Assembly: GCA_964016885.1 (NCBI GenBank) | Contig: OZ024756.1 | Location: 13,454,001 to 13,518,000 of the forward strand | DNA: 64,000 bases | Direction of reading: 5' to 3' | From: Eledone cirrhosa | Lineage: Eukaryota | Shown: positions 13,239 through 28,700 of the stretch, in pieces | Position numbering within the stretch: the stretch's first letter is position 1 | How the letters are laid out: the number at the start of each line of letters is the position of its first letter | Notes under the pieces: generated by a model | Told to the model about the DNA's origin: nothing | Seen by the model: the letters and a program-made list of their open reading frames with translations, nothing else | Databases searched by the model: none | Translations under genes and position numbers: made by a program

Positions 13239-14260
13239 TAGATGTATGTATTACCTGCTTGTGTGTTGCATGTGGTCCTAGATGTATGTATTACCTGCTT
13301 GTGTGTTGTATGTGGTCCTAGATGTAGCATTACCTGCTTGTGTGTTGTATGTGGTCCTAGATGTATGTATTACCTGCTTGTGTGTTGTATGTGATCCTAG
13401 ATGTATGTACTACCTACTTGTGTGTTGTATGTGGTCCTAGATGTATGTATTACCTGCTTGTGTGTTGTATGTGGTCCTAAATGTACGTATTACCTGCTTC
13501 TGTGTTGTATGTTGTCCTAGATGTACGTATTACCTGCTTGTGTGTTGCATGTGGTCCTAGATATATGTACTACCTGCTTGTGTGTTGTATGTGGTCCTAG
13601 ATGTATGTACTACCTGCTTGTGTGTTGTATGTGGTCCTAGATGTATGTATTACCTGCTTGTGTGTTGTATGTGGTCCTAGATGTACGTATTACCTGCTTC
13701 TGTGTTGTATGTTGTCCTAGATGTACGTATTACCTGCTTCTGTGTTGTATGTTGTCCTAGATGTATGTATTACCTGCTTGTGTGTTGTATGTGGTCCTAG
13801 ATGTATGTATTAGTTGCTTGTGTGTTGTATGTGGTCCTAGATGTATGTATTACCTGCTTGTGTGTTGTATGTGGTCCTAGATGTATGTACTACCTGCTTG
13901 TGTGTTGTATGTGGTCCTAGATGTATGTATTACCTGCTTGTGTGTTGTATGTGATCCTAGATGTATGTACTACCTACTTGTGTGTTGTATGTGGTCCTAG
14001 ATGTACGTATTACCTGCTTGTGTGTTGTATGTGGTCCTAGATGTATGTATTACCTGCTTGTGTGTTGTATGTGGTCCTAGATGTATGTATTACCTGCTTG
14101 TGTGTTGTATGTAGTCCTAGATGTATATATTACCTGCTTGTGTATTGTATGTGGTCCTAGATGTATGTACTACCTGCTTCTGTGTTTTAGGTGGTATTAG
14201 ATGTATTTATTACCTGCTTGTGTGTTGTATGTGGTCCTAGATGTATGTATTACCTGCTTG
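13239..14260. repeat. 40-bp tandem satellite (TAGATGTATGTATTACCTGCTTGTGTGTTGTATGTGGTCC)n, about 25 copies
   Basis: Direct 40-bp periodicity. Confidence 0.95.
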
Positions 14261-14990
14261 TTTATTATTTCAGATCAGATGTTAGTCATTATCAATAAAA
14301 GTTTTTAATTATTAAATCCATAAATATACAACTTAAGAAGTGCAATATTAATTCTTATATATTGGTTCTAAGGTCTTACTGAGCACAAATATTAAATATA
14401 TTTCAAAAATATATTAAACAAAATATACACACGTGAATATTTACTGCGGAGTTGATATTAAGTTACTTAGTATATATTATGGGTGAATTAACGCAAATAG
14501 ATTTGATAATTCTCAAATAATCATATGGATGTTTGTAAATCAAACCTGTTTTTTTTTTTTAATATCTAATACTTGTAAGATTGTTGTTACGATTACCTCG
14601 ATTAGTAAGTTGGATTAGTAATAATTACTTTAACTACATAAGTGTGTGTATTCACTGCGGGGCTTATGTTGTAACGAATGTTTTAAAAGCCATGAATACA
14701 TCATCATCATCACCGTTTTACAACCATTTTTCCACGCTAGCATCTGTTAGACGAGTTGTCCTGTTGTGTGCAATGCCAGGTCAGGTGACCATGTTTTGCT
14801 AATACAGAACTGATTTTGGTTTGGTTTCTACAGCTGGATGCCCTTCCTAACGCCAACCACATTTACAGAGTGAGTACTGGGTGCTTGTTGTTGCACGACC
14901 ACTTTAATAAATGAGAAAATAAAAAATAAATAAATAATAAAATCCCCGTAAAAAATATATATTTATTAAAAGATTAAAGTCCACACACAC

Positions 14991-15086
<96 letters not shown>

Positions 15087-15375
15087 ATATATGTATATAT
15101 GTAATCTGAGGTTTTCGAATATTAATAATAACATTCGATTCGTTTGCAATTATGCAAACAGCCTCATTTTTAAAGCCATGTCAGTAGAATGAGCCCCTCA
15201 TTCTTGCTCTATGTATGTATGTGTGTGTTTAATTCTCTGAGGCCTAACGTTTAAATAAAAATTATCACACATACATTCACACACACATAAACTCATACAC
15301 ACATACACTCTTACACACATGTACTAAGACAGAGACACACAGACATACATTCACGCACACCTATTACTTGTGTAG

Positions 15376-15427
<52 letters not shown>

Positions 15428-16593
15428 AATTGTCTGTGTGTGAAGATAATGTGTATGCAACTTACTATGGCTATATGTATGTGTAGATGTGTGCGTGCGT
15501 GTGTGTTTAATTCTCTGAGGCCTAATGTACGTAACGAACTCGCAAACACACACACACTCACAGACACATGCACACTCATATACAAAATGTGACGTGGTGG
15601 TGGTGGTGGTTTACTATAGTTCACTATGTTACTTTAGATAAAATGTTATATTGTTTTAATCCAAATGAAAACAAAAATTACACGTTGACACTCCCGGGGT
15701 CTAGTCTAGTGCCTTGTAAAATTTGATTTGGTTTGGTCGAGCCATTGGGAATGTATAGGAACAGACAGACAGACAGAGAGACAAATAATTTTATATATAG
15801 AGAGAGATTATTAACGATTTTATTTATTATATATTATTTTTTATTTGCGTGTAGGTAGGTCTCTCTGGGATTGGGGGTAGGTGGGGGGGGGGGGCATTGA
15901 AAGTATTACGTGGCTGTGAGGGGTGGGTGGATAGTTGGACTACCTGTGGTGTAACTGGTGGCACGGCCATGTGTTGAGATATATTATGACAGGCATTCAA
16001 GTTGTTACTCCCTTCAAAGCTCAGAGAAATATCCTAGACCCCCCCCCCCAATCTGGCAAAACTTACCAAACTCCCACTTCTTCTTCTTCTTTCATTTCTG
16101 ACGAATTCATTTCTTTCAAAAAAATACACCAATTGTCTAAAACGTACGATGACTGATAAATACTGAGTGAGCTCACCAGAAATTAATTCAAGAGAATAAA
16201 TAAAAAATATCCGACTGTTCCTCCCCCCCCCCCCCAACATCACCCCCACCACCACACTCTTTCTCTCCTCCACCCCACCCCAACCCACTCTCTCCTCCCA
16301 ACCCATCCCTACCACCTTGTGTATTATTAAAACCTCTTTCTATATCCAGACAATAAAAATATCCGAGTGTCCCCCCCCCCCACCACACACCCCACCCTCT
16401 CCCCCAACCTACCTCATCACCATCCTCACCTTACCCACCCATTTCCTATCAACTTGTGTATCAATAACTCTTCCTATAGTAAGGAATGCTGTATCAATGG
16501 AAAGTCACTCATTCCCGGAATCATTTCATACTATTTAGCATGGCTTACACACACACACACATACACACAAACATATATATATATATATACACA

Positions 16594-16925
16594 CAGTTGT
16601 CCCCCCCCCCCCCCCCCGGTATTCGCGGGAGTTATGTTCCTAGAGCAGCCGCGAAGATGGAAACCACGAATATTGGACGTGGTCCATAAAAGGCCTGTAA
16701 ACGTCAAAACAACGTAAAATATAGGCCGGCAAATACAGTACATTGTTATTAATAATTTAGCGTTAAAAAGCGTTAAAAAAAATATATTGCCACAAAAAAA
16801 GGTATAAAAAATCGCGGAAGATATTTACATTTCCGCGAATATGCGGTGGTTTCCATGAATAATTATTAGTTAGGTTCTAAGGAAAATTCCGCGAATAACC
16901 GTGACCACGAATGCCGGGGGTACAC

Positions 16926-16927
<2 letters not shown>
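16594..16927. mobile_element. Tigger/pogo-like MITE
   Basis: Imperfect TIRs CAGTTGTC(C)nGGTATTCGCGG ... CACGAATGCCGGGGGTACACT; a related right end occurs at about 18095-18167. Confidence 0.55.
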
Positions 16928-17013
<86 letters not shown>

Positions 17014-17687
17014 TGTGTATATATATGTATATATATGTATATATTTATGTCAGGTTACCAGTTGGTGCTACTGGTAACATGTATCCCAGTACAACCTGTC
17101 TCATTGTCGGGTCGTTGGCGACTAAACTGGCAACCCCACCAAGGTTTCTTGGTGAGGAGGGTGACTTTGGACATCCTGCAGGACTAAAAACAAAACCTGT
17201 CAAAGGGCAAAGGAGCTCTTAAGAGTCAATGGCCATCCAAAATCACCGGGAGAGATGACCCCTTTAGCCTTTGTCAAGGCAGAATTCTAGAAGGAAAACT
17301 CTGATATAACACCTGCAACTCTGATGGTATCCAATGATGTTGACTTGTTCTTCTTTTTGGTAAATATCATCTTGGTTAAGAGAGTGGGACTGGCTTTGTG
17401 CAGTGCCTTTGCTCACTATAAAAGCTTCACGGCACAGGCATTGCTTTATATCTGGAGATCTCTCTGCACTTGTCGTCACATGGTACCATGGGCCCAGCAC
17501 TATGTGTCAGTGATTGTCACAAGTGTAGTGTTTGTACCAGAGTTTTCAAGTCGCTGGCTGGACTAAAAGGTCACACTCGTTCAGCACATCGGTAGGGGTT
17601 CTCCTACATGGATATAAAGTAGTGGCCGTACTCGAAAACGAGTTGGCAGCCACCATATATATATGTATATATATTTATGTATGTATG

Positions 17688-17814
<127 letters not shown>

Positions 17815-19532
17815 ACGAGTAGGACCCCGACGGCTGAGCTCAAGCCGTTTTCGACGGCTAATTCTGGACTAAAATGGGGTCGGGGTCATACTCGTTCCTA
17901 TTACCCACTCTACTACCCTAAGCATTGAGTACTTTGGTGCGTTATGGTCCATCTGGTGTTCCTTACCACATTTCCTTCGTTATATATATACACACACACA
18001 ACAAGTAAACGAGTAAAAACAACACAGGAACACGATATAGTACAATGATAATATATATTAGTTTCACGCTTGATGTAGTCGGATAAGCGTTTATAGGTTC
18101 TAAAGAAAATTCTAAGGAAAATTCAATTCCCGGAATAACCAGGACCGCGAATGCCGAGGTGACACTGCTTATTTTGTGACACGAAGAAGAAGAAGAGAAG
18201 AAGAAGAAGAAGATAGAAGAAGAAGAAGGAAGAAGAAGAAGAAGAGAAGAAGAAGAAGAAGAAGAAGGAAAAGAAGAAAAAGAAGAAAAAGAAGAAGAAG
18301 AAATACGCTTATACATGTGCACCAATATTTTGGTGATGAAATGATGTAAAGGAGGTTTCTTTGCTATTTCTAGCAGGTCGAGTGACCACGTAACGGCTCC
18401 CTTTGTTATTCGTGCTCAACAGCTGTGTATATATTATATACAGGTAGGTGAGTGGGTTAGTGTTTAAGTAATTACAGGGACGTGGGGGCAAACCAGACAG
18501 GTGAGAGATATTAAATTAATGTGATTGGGATTAGAAAGAGGTGTGCTGGAGATTATGAAGAGTATTATATCAGAAAAAGGGGGAAACGCTGTTGTTGTTG
18601 TTGTTTAGTTCCGGGTTATCTTGACTGAGTAAACCCTCCTCCTCCACCTCCTTCAACTCCCCCTACTTCATTTACTTCTCCTCGTCCTTCCACTCACCGT
18701 TCTTCACCCACGCTCGGACCACAATTACTAAACCCTTCTTTTAACCAATCTTTTCTTTCAAAACCTTTAACATCTCCTCACCTCGCTCCTTAATCAATCA
18801 AAGTAGACAGACAATACTGCATGATGTAGCAGGAAGATAAGCGAGGAGGAGGAGGAGGAGGAGAGAGAGAGAGAGAGGGGGGGTGCGAGAGGGGGGAGAG
18901 AGAGAGTGTAGGAGTGAGAGTGTGTGTAAGGGGGGTGTGAGGGAGTGGGGGGAGTGTGTGAGAGGGAGTGAGTGAAAGAGAAAGAAAGTGTAGGAGAGAG
19001 AGAGAGAGTGTGTAGGAGTGTGTGAGAAGGAGAGAGAGAGAGAGAGAGTGGAGGAGTGTGTAAGAGGAAGAGTCTAAAAGAGAGAGAGAGTGGAGGAGTG
19101 TGTGAGAGGGACAGAGAGAGTGTAAGAGGAAGAGAGTTAGAGAGAGCTAGAGAGAGGGAGAGAGAAAGAGAGTTAGAGAGAGCTAGAGAGAGTGTGTGAG
19201 AGAGGGAGAGAAAGAGATACAAAAATGAAACAACACACCGTACGATTATATCCAAGCCGTCTCGCCCGTCACCTGTCTTACGGTTATTGCTGAGTCATCA
19301 CCCACCCGACAACTATAAAATTATAAAATTATTTTCATATGCTCCAAAGATTAAAAGATTACAACCGAAAAGAAATCTTAACAAATAGACAAAGATTAAA
19401 AAAACCAATCAACAAGTCTTTATGAAATAAAAGTCATCTGCTCGGCTTTTCTTCGTTAAATAAAACACTTTTTCTTTTTTCCTCAGCAGACGATCAAATC
19501 CGGAGTGAAAACAATGACAGTGAGATTAGTCA

Positions 19533-21170
19533 GTTGATGGTGATGGTGGTGGTGATGGTGGTGGTGGTGGTGGTAGTAGTGGTGGTGGTGGTGGTGGTGG
19601 TGGTGGTGGTGGTGGTGATGGTGGTGGTGGTGGTGGTGGTGGTGGTAGTAGTGGTGGTGGTGGTGGTAGTGGTGGTGGTGGTAGTAGTGGTGGTGGTGGT
19701 GGGGGGGGGGGGGGGGGGGTAGTGGTGGTGGTGGTAGTAGTGATGGTGGTGGTGGTGGTGGTGGTGGTGGTGGTAGTGGTGGTGGTGGTGGTAGTGGTGG
19801 TGGTAGTAGTGGTGGTGGTGGTGGTGGTGGTGGTGGTGGTGGTGGTGGTGGTGGTGGTGATGGTGGTGGTGGTGGTGGTGGTGGTAGTAGTGGTGGTGGT
19901 GGTGGTAGTGGTGGTGGTGGTAGTAGTTGTGGTGGTGGTGGTGGTGGTGGTAGTGGTGGTGGTAGTGGTGGTAGTAGTAGTAGTGGTGGTAGTAGTGGTG
20001 GTAGTGGTGGTGGTGGTAGTAGTGATGGTGGTGGTGGTGGTGGTGGTGGTGGTAGTGGTGGTGGTGGTGGTAGTGGTGGTGGTAGTAGTGGTGGTGGTGG
20101 TGGTGGTGGTAGTGGTGGTGGTGGTGGTGGTGGTGGTGGTGGTGGTGATGGTGGTGGTGGTGGTGGTGGTGGTGGTAGTAGTGGTGGTGGTGGTGGTAGT
20201 GGTGGTGGTGGTAGTAGTTGTGGTGGTGGTGGTGGTGGTGGTAGTGGTGGTGGTAGTGGTGGTAGTAGTAGTAGTGGTGGTAGTAGTGGTGGTAGTGGTG
20301 GTGGTGGTGGTAGTGGTGGTGGTGGTAGTAGTGGTGGTGGTGGTGGTGGTGGTGGTGGTGGTGGTAGTAGTGGTGGTGGTAGTAGTAGTAGTGGTGGTAG
20401 TGTTGGTAGTAGTGGTGGTAGTGGTGGTGGTGGTGGTAGTGTTGGTAGTAGTGGTGGTGGTGGTAATAGTGGTGGTAGTGTTGGTAGTAGTGGTGGTGGT
20501 GGTAGTGGTGGTAGTGGTGGTGGTAGTACTGGTGGTGGTAGTAGTGGTGGTGGTGGTAGTAGTAGTGGTGGTAGTGGTGATGGCGGTGTGAGTAGTGGGG
20601 GTAGTAGTGGTAGTAGTAGTGGTGGTAGTAGTGATGGTAGGGGTAGTGGTGGTAGTGGTGGTAGTGGTGGTAGTGGTGGTAGTAGTGGTGGTGGTAGTAG
20701 TGATGGTAGGGGTAGTGGTGGTAGTAGTGGTGGTGGTGGTAGTAGTGGTGGTGGTGGAGGTGATGGTGGTGGAGGTGGTGGCGATAGTGGTGGTGGTGGT
20801 AGTGGTGGTTGTGGAGGTGGTGGTGGTGGTGGTGGTGGTTATAGTGGTGGTGGTGGTGGTGGTGATGATGGTGAAGCTAGTAGTGGCGATGGTGGTGGTG
20901 GTGGTGGTGGAGAAGAGGGTGGTGACAGTGGTGGTGGTGGTGATGGTGGCAGTGGTGTTGATGGTTGTGGTGGTGGTTTTGATAGTGGTGGTGGTGGTGG
21001 TGGCACCAATGTTAGTGGGGTGATTGATGATGGTGATGGTGGTGGTGGTGGTGGTGGTGGTTGTGATGGTGGTGGTAGTGATGGTAGCGGCGATGGTGGT
21101 GGTGGTAATGGTGGTGGTGGTGATAGTGGTACCAATGTTGGTGGGGTCAGTGATGACAGTGGTCGTGGAT
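19533..21170. repeat. (GGT/AGT)n degenerate trinucleotide array
   Basis: Direct inspection. Confidence 0.9.
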
Positions 21171-21799
21171 AAGGATGGGGGAGGCATATAAATATATATT
21201 TGTAAATATGTCAGCCATAACAATGACTATATGAGGAGTCTCCTATAAAATATGGAGCAGCGTATTGGCTGCCCACCATAACTTAAAGACGACAATTGGC
21301 GAAACCAACAGATAGGAGAGCCAGGGGTAGACTGGATCAGCTGGAGAAGGTTACTTCTGACAGGACCCGCTGGAACGAGTGATTGAGAACTCTTTCCCCC
21401 GACCCTCTCAAGAAGAAGAAGAAGAAGAAGAAGAAGAAGAAGAAGAAGAAGAAGAAGAAGAAGAAGAAGATAATTGGACAAGCAAATACAGTTGCAAACA
21501 CAAGCGTTTACACTAAAAATGAAAGAAAAGAAGCAATAATTTGAATGAAAAAAGGCAAAACTCACAGTTTTGCTAATGTCGGGAGCCAGACAAAAACAAC
21601 AGACGTATGTCAGCTTTTGGGGAAAATATCGTGGAAGAGTTAAGTTACAAAACATCGAATCTCGAAAACTCCTGCTTCTCAAAAACAGAAGGCAGCTCCG
21701 TGTAACGTCAACCAGTGGTCCGTGGACCACTGGTTGTGTGAGAGAAAATTTTGGTGGTCTGCAGAAAAACTTGAACATTATTTACTTTAAAGATAGGGG

Positions 21800-22269
21800 G
21801 TAGAGGGTCGGACGCCATGCTTTCTAGCATAGTTACGTCCCTTTACAGACTGAGTTCAAATCCCACCGAGGTTAACTTTGCCTTTCATCTTTACGGGGTC
21901 GATAAAATAAAGTACCAGTAATGTACTGGGTAATTGCTGGCCTTGTGCCAAATGTAGAAACAATTATTTACTTTAAAGATTTTGTTATGATTACATAAGC
22001 ATTTATAATTTAGTTATAACTAAATACAATGTAAATATAATCAAAGAGTGTTTAATGTTTCAAACATTTAATAACTAACGATCGTTATGGGGGATTGGCA
22101 GTATCGGTAGAGAGTCTGACGCCATGCTTTGACGAATAGAGTTACGGCCCTTGCCATTCTGAGTTCAAATCCCGCCGAGGTTAACTTTGCCTTTCATCCT
22201 TACGGGGTCGATAAAATAAAGTACCAGTAATGTACTGGGTATTTGCTGGCCTTGTGCCATTAGCAGAAA

Positions 22270-22272
<3 letters not shown>
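21800..22272 (+). mobile_element. Two SINE copies (about 21800-21969 and 22090-22272)
   Basis: Same family as 11793. Confidence 0.78.
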
Positions 22273-22300
<28 letters not shown>

Positions 22301-22770
22301 AATATGATAATAAGGGCGCTGCGGAGTTGCAAATGGGTTACATATGAAAAAAGTTTGTCCTTCATCAGTGATCTTCCAACTATCATAGGCATTTCATCGC
22401 TTTAAAGACCATATACCTCCGGTTGGTGCGAGCAACGGCTAAATAAAGTCGTTGGGACACGTAAATAAAGGGGACGCGAGGGTAAACAAACAAAATGGTG
22501 AAGCAACAGAAAGTGAGGAAGAAGGAGACAAGTCCCAGATTTCTATGAATTTAAGTTCGGTGAAATCGTGAACGAGAGAATAAAGACCATCAAACCTGGT
22601 TGAAATGTGAGCAAGGAAGGGATTTCGCACAGAGAGAGAGAGAGAGTCGACAGTGTCGGACGGGGAAGGGGGTTGATCAGTTTGAAAAGGTGTCTTTTGA
22701 GCCACACAGAAACACATACACAGACCCATACATGCTTATACACTCATATATAGGTAAACACACACATACA

Positions 22771-25700
22771 ACACTACACTGTACCACCACTACATACCAT
22801 TATATAACACTACACTACACTGTACTACCACTACATACCGTTATATAACACTACACTATACCACCACTACATACCATTATATAACACTATACTGTATCAC
22901 CACTACATACCATTATATAACACTACACTGTACCACCACTACATACCATTATATAACACTACACTACACTGTTCTACCACTACATACCGTTATATAACAC
23001 TACACTATACCACCACTACATACCATTATATAACACTACACTGTATCACCACTACATACCATTATATAACACTACACTGTACCACCACTACATACCATTA
23101 TATGACACTACACTACACTGTACTACCACTACATACCATTATATAACACTACACTGTACCACCACTACATACCATTATATAACACTATACTACACTGTAC
23201 TACCACTACATACCGTTATATAACACTACACTATACCACCACTACATACCATTATATAACACTACACTGTATCACCACTACATACCATTATATAACACTA
23301 TACTGTACGACCACTACATACCATTATATGACACTACACTACACTGTACCACCACTACATACCATTATATAACACTATACTACACTGTACTACCACTACA
23401 TACCGTTATATAACACTACACTGTATCACCACTACATACCATTATATGACACTACACTACACTGTACTACCACTACATACCATTATATAACACTACACTG
23501 TACCACCACTACATACCATTATATGACACTACACTACACTGTACCACCACTACATACCATTATATAACACTATACTGTACCACCACTACATACCATTATA
23601 TAATACTACACTGTACCACCACTACACACCATTATATAACACTATACTGTACCACCACTACATACCATTATATAACACTATACTGTACGACCACTACATA
23701 CCATTATATGACACTACACTACACTGTACCACCACTACATACCATTATATAACACTACACTGTACCATCACTACATACCATTATATAACACTACACTGTA
23801 CCACCACTACATACCATTATATAACACTACACTGTACCCTCACTACATACCATTATATGACACTACACTACACTGTACCACCACTACATACCATTATATG
23901 ACACTACACTACACTGTACCACCACTACATACCATTATATAACACTACACTATACCATCACTACATACGATTATATAACACTACACTGTACCACCACTAC
24001 ATACCATTATATAACACTACACTGTACCAACACTACATACCATTATATAACACTACACTGTACCACCACTACATACCATTATATAACACTACACTGTACC
24101 ACCACTACATACCATTATATAACACTACACTATACCATCACTACATACCATTATATAACACTACACTGTACCACCACTACATACCATTATATAACACTAC
24201 ACTGTACCACCACTACATACCATTATATGACACTACACTACACTGTACCACCACTACATACCATTATATAACACTACACTGTACCACCACTACATACCAT
24301 TATATAACACTACACTGTACCACCACTACATACCATTATATAATACTACACTGTACCACCACTACATACCATTATATGACACTACACTACACTGTACCAC
24401 CACTACATACCATTATATAATACTACACTGTACCACCACTACATACCATTATATAGCACTACACTGTACCACCACTACATACCATTATATAACACTACAC
24501 TATACCAGCACTACATACCATTATATAATACTACACTGTACCACCACTACATACCATTATATGACACTACACTGTACCACCACTACATACAATTATATAA
24601 CACTACACTGTACCACCACTACATACCATTATATAACACTACACTGTACCACCACTACATACCATTATATAACACTACACTGTACCACCACTACATACCA
24701 TTATATAACACTTTACTACACTGTACCACCACTACATACCATTATATAACACTACACTGTACCACCACTACATACCATTATATGACACTACACTACACTG
24801 TACCACCAGTACATACCATTATATGACACTACACTGTACCACCACTACATACCATTATATAACACTACACTGTACCACCACTACATACCATTATATAATA
24901 CTACACTGTATCACCACTACATACCATTATATGACACTACACTACACTGTACTACCACTACATACCATTATATAACACTACACTGTACCACCACTACATA
25001 CCATTATATAACACTACACTGTACCACCACTACATACCATTATATAACACTAGACTGTCCCACCACTACATACCATTATACGACACTACACTACACTGTA
25101 CCACCACTACATACCATTATATGACACTACACTGTACCACCAGTACATACCATTATATAATACTACACTGTACCACCACTACATACCATTATATAATACT
25201 ACACTGTACCACCACTACATACCATTATATGACACTACAGTACACTGTACCACCAGTACATACCATTATATAATACTACACTGTACCACCACTACATACC
25301 ATTATATGACACTACACTACACTGTACCACCAGTACATACCATTACATAACACTACACTACACTGTACCAACACTACATACCATTATATAATACTACACT
25401 GTACCACCACTACATACCATTATATGATACTACACTGTACCACCACTACATACCATTATATGATACTACACTGTACCACCACTACATACCATTATATGAT
25501 ACTACACTACACTGTACCACCACTACATACCATTATATGACACTACACTACACTACACTGTACCACCACTACATACCATTATATAACACTACACTACACT
25601 GTACCACCACTACATACCATTATATGACACTACACTACACTGTACCACCACTACATACCATTATGACACTACACTACACTACACTACACTGTACCACCAC

Positions 25701-28700
25701 TACATACCATTATATAACACTACACTGTACCATCACTACATACCATTATATAACACTACACTGTACCACCACTACATACCATTATATAACACTACACTGT
25801 ACCCTCACTACATACCATTATATGACACTACACTACACTGTACCACCACTACATACCATTATATGACACTACACTACACTGTACCACCACTACATACCAT
25901 TATATAACACTACACTATACCATCACTACATACCATTATATAACACTACACTGTACCACCACTACATACCATTATATAACACTACACTGTACCACCACTA
26001 CATACCATTATATAACACTACACTGTACCATCACTACATACCATTATATGACACTACACTACACTGTACCACCACTACATACCATTATATAATACTACAC
26101 TGTACCACCACTACATACCATTATATAACACTACACTGTACCACCACTACATACCATTATATAACACTACACTGTACCATCACTACATACCATTATATGA
26201 CACTACACTACACTGTACCACCACTACATACCGTTATATGACACTACACTACACTGTACCACCACTACATACCATTATATAACACTACACTATACCATCA
26301 CTACATACCATTATATAACACTACACTGTACCACCACTACATACCATTATATAACACTACACTGTACCACCACTACATACCATTATATAACACTACACTG
26401 TACCACCACTACATACCATTATATAACACTACACTGTACCACCACTACATACCATTATATAACACTACACTATACCATCACTACATACCATTATATAACA
26501 CTACACTGTACCACCACTACATACCATTATATAACACTACACTGTACCACCACTACATACCATTATATGACACTACACTACACTGTACCACCACTACATA
26601 CCATTATATAACACTACACTGTACCACCACTACATACCATTATATAACACTACACTGTACCACCACTACATACCATTATATAATACTACACTGTACCACC
26701 ACTACATACCATTATATGACACTACACTACACTGTACCACCACTACATACCATTATATAATACTACACTGTACCACCACTACATACCATTATATAACACT
26801 ACACTGTACCACCACTACATACCATTATATAACACTACACTATACCATCACTACATACCATTATATAATACTACACTGTACCACCACTACATACCATTAT
26901 ATGACACTACACTGTACCACCACTACATACAATTATATAACACTACACTGTACCACCACTACATACCATTATATAACACTACACTGTACCACCACTACAT
27001 ACCATTATATAACACTACACTGTACCACCACTACATACCATTATATAACACTTTACTACACTGTACCACCACTACATACCATTATATAACACTACACTGT
27101 ACCACCACTACATACCATTATATGACACTACACTACACTGTACCACCAGTACATACCATTATATGACACTACACTGTACCACCACTACATACCATTATAT
27201 AACACTACACTGTACCACCACTACATACCATTATATAATACTACACTGTATCACCACTACATACCATTATATGACACTACACTACACTGTACTACCACTA
27301 CATACCATTATATAACACTACACTGTACCACCACTACATACCATTATATAACACTACACTGTACCACCACTACATACCATTATATAACACTAGACTGTCC
27401 CACCACTACATACCATTATACGACACTACACTACACTGTACCACCACTACATACCATTATATGACACTACACTGTACCACCAGTACATACCATTATATAA
27501 TACTACACTGTACCACCACTACATACCATTATATAATACTACACTGTACCACCACTACATACCATTATATGACACTACAGTACACTGTACCACCAGTACA
27601 TACCATTATATAATACTACACTGTACCACCACTACATACCATTATATGACACTACACTACACTGTACCACCAGTACATACCATTATATAACACTACACTA
27701 CACTGTACCAACACTACATACCATTATATAATACTACACTGTACCACCACTACATACCATTATATGATACTACACTGTACCACCACTACATACCATTATA
27801 TGATACTACACTGTACCACCACTACATACCATTATATGATACTACACTACACTGTACCACCACTACATACCATTATATGACACTACACTACACTACACTG
27901 TACCACCACTACATACCATTATATAACACTACACTACACTGTACCACCACTACATACCATTATATGACACTACACTACACTGTACCACCACTACATACCA
28001 TTATGACACTACACTACACTACACTACACTGTACCACCACTACATACCATTATATAACACTACACTGTACCATCACTACATACCATTATATAACACTACA
28101 CTGTACCACCACTACATACCATTATATAACACTACACTGTACCCTCACTACATACCATTATATGACACTACACTACACTGTACCACCACTACATACCATT
28201 ATATGACACTACACTACACTGTACCACCACTACATACCATTATATAACACTACACTATACCATCACTACATACCATTATATAACACTACACTGTACCACC
28301 ACTACATACCATTATATAACACTACACTGTACCACCACTACATACCATTATATAACACTACACTGTACCATCACTACATACCATTATATGACACTACACT
28401 ACACTGTACCACCACTACATACCATTATATAATACTACACTGTACCACCACTACATACCATTATATAACACTACACTGTACCACCACTACATACCATTAT
28501 ATAACACTACACTGTACCATCACTACATACCATTATATGACACTACACTACACTGTACCACCACTACATACCGTTATATGACACTACACTACACTGTACC
28601 ACCACTACATACCATTATATAACACTACACTATACCATCACTACATACCATTATATAACACTACACTGTACCACCACTACATACCATTATATAACACTAC

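Noticed and set aside
13239-14260. CRISPR-like regular array (also 8724-9118 and 22771-30600)
   Set aside because: Head-to-tail repeats without unique spacers, no cas genes, and a eukaryotic context.
19526-21223. 565-aa poly-Thr ORF (also 30654-32147 and 60797-61385)
   Set aside because: Trinucleotide arrays open in several frames on both strands, intronic, with no convincing exon boundaries.
22350-22410. CACTGATGAAGGAC motif (also about 37935 and 51661)
   Set aside because: Only the CUGAUGA half is present; no stem II closure or GAAA was found.
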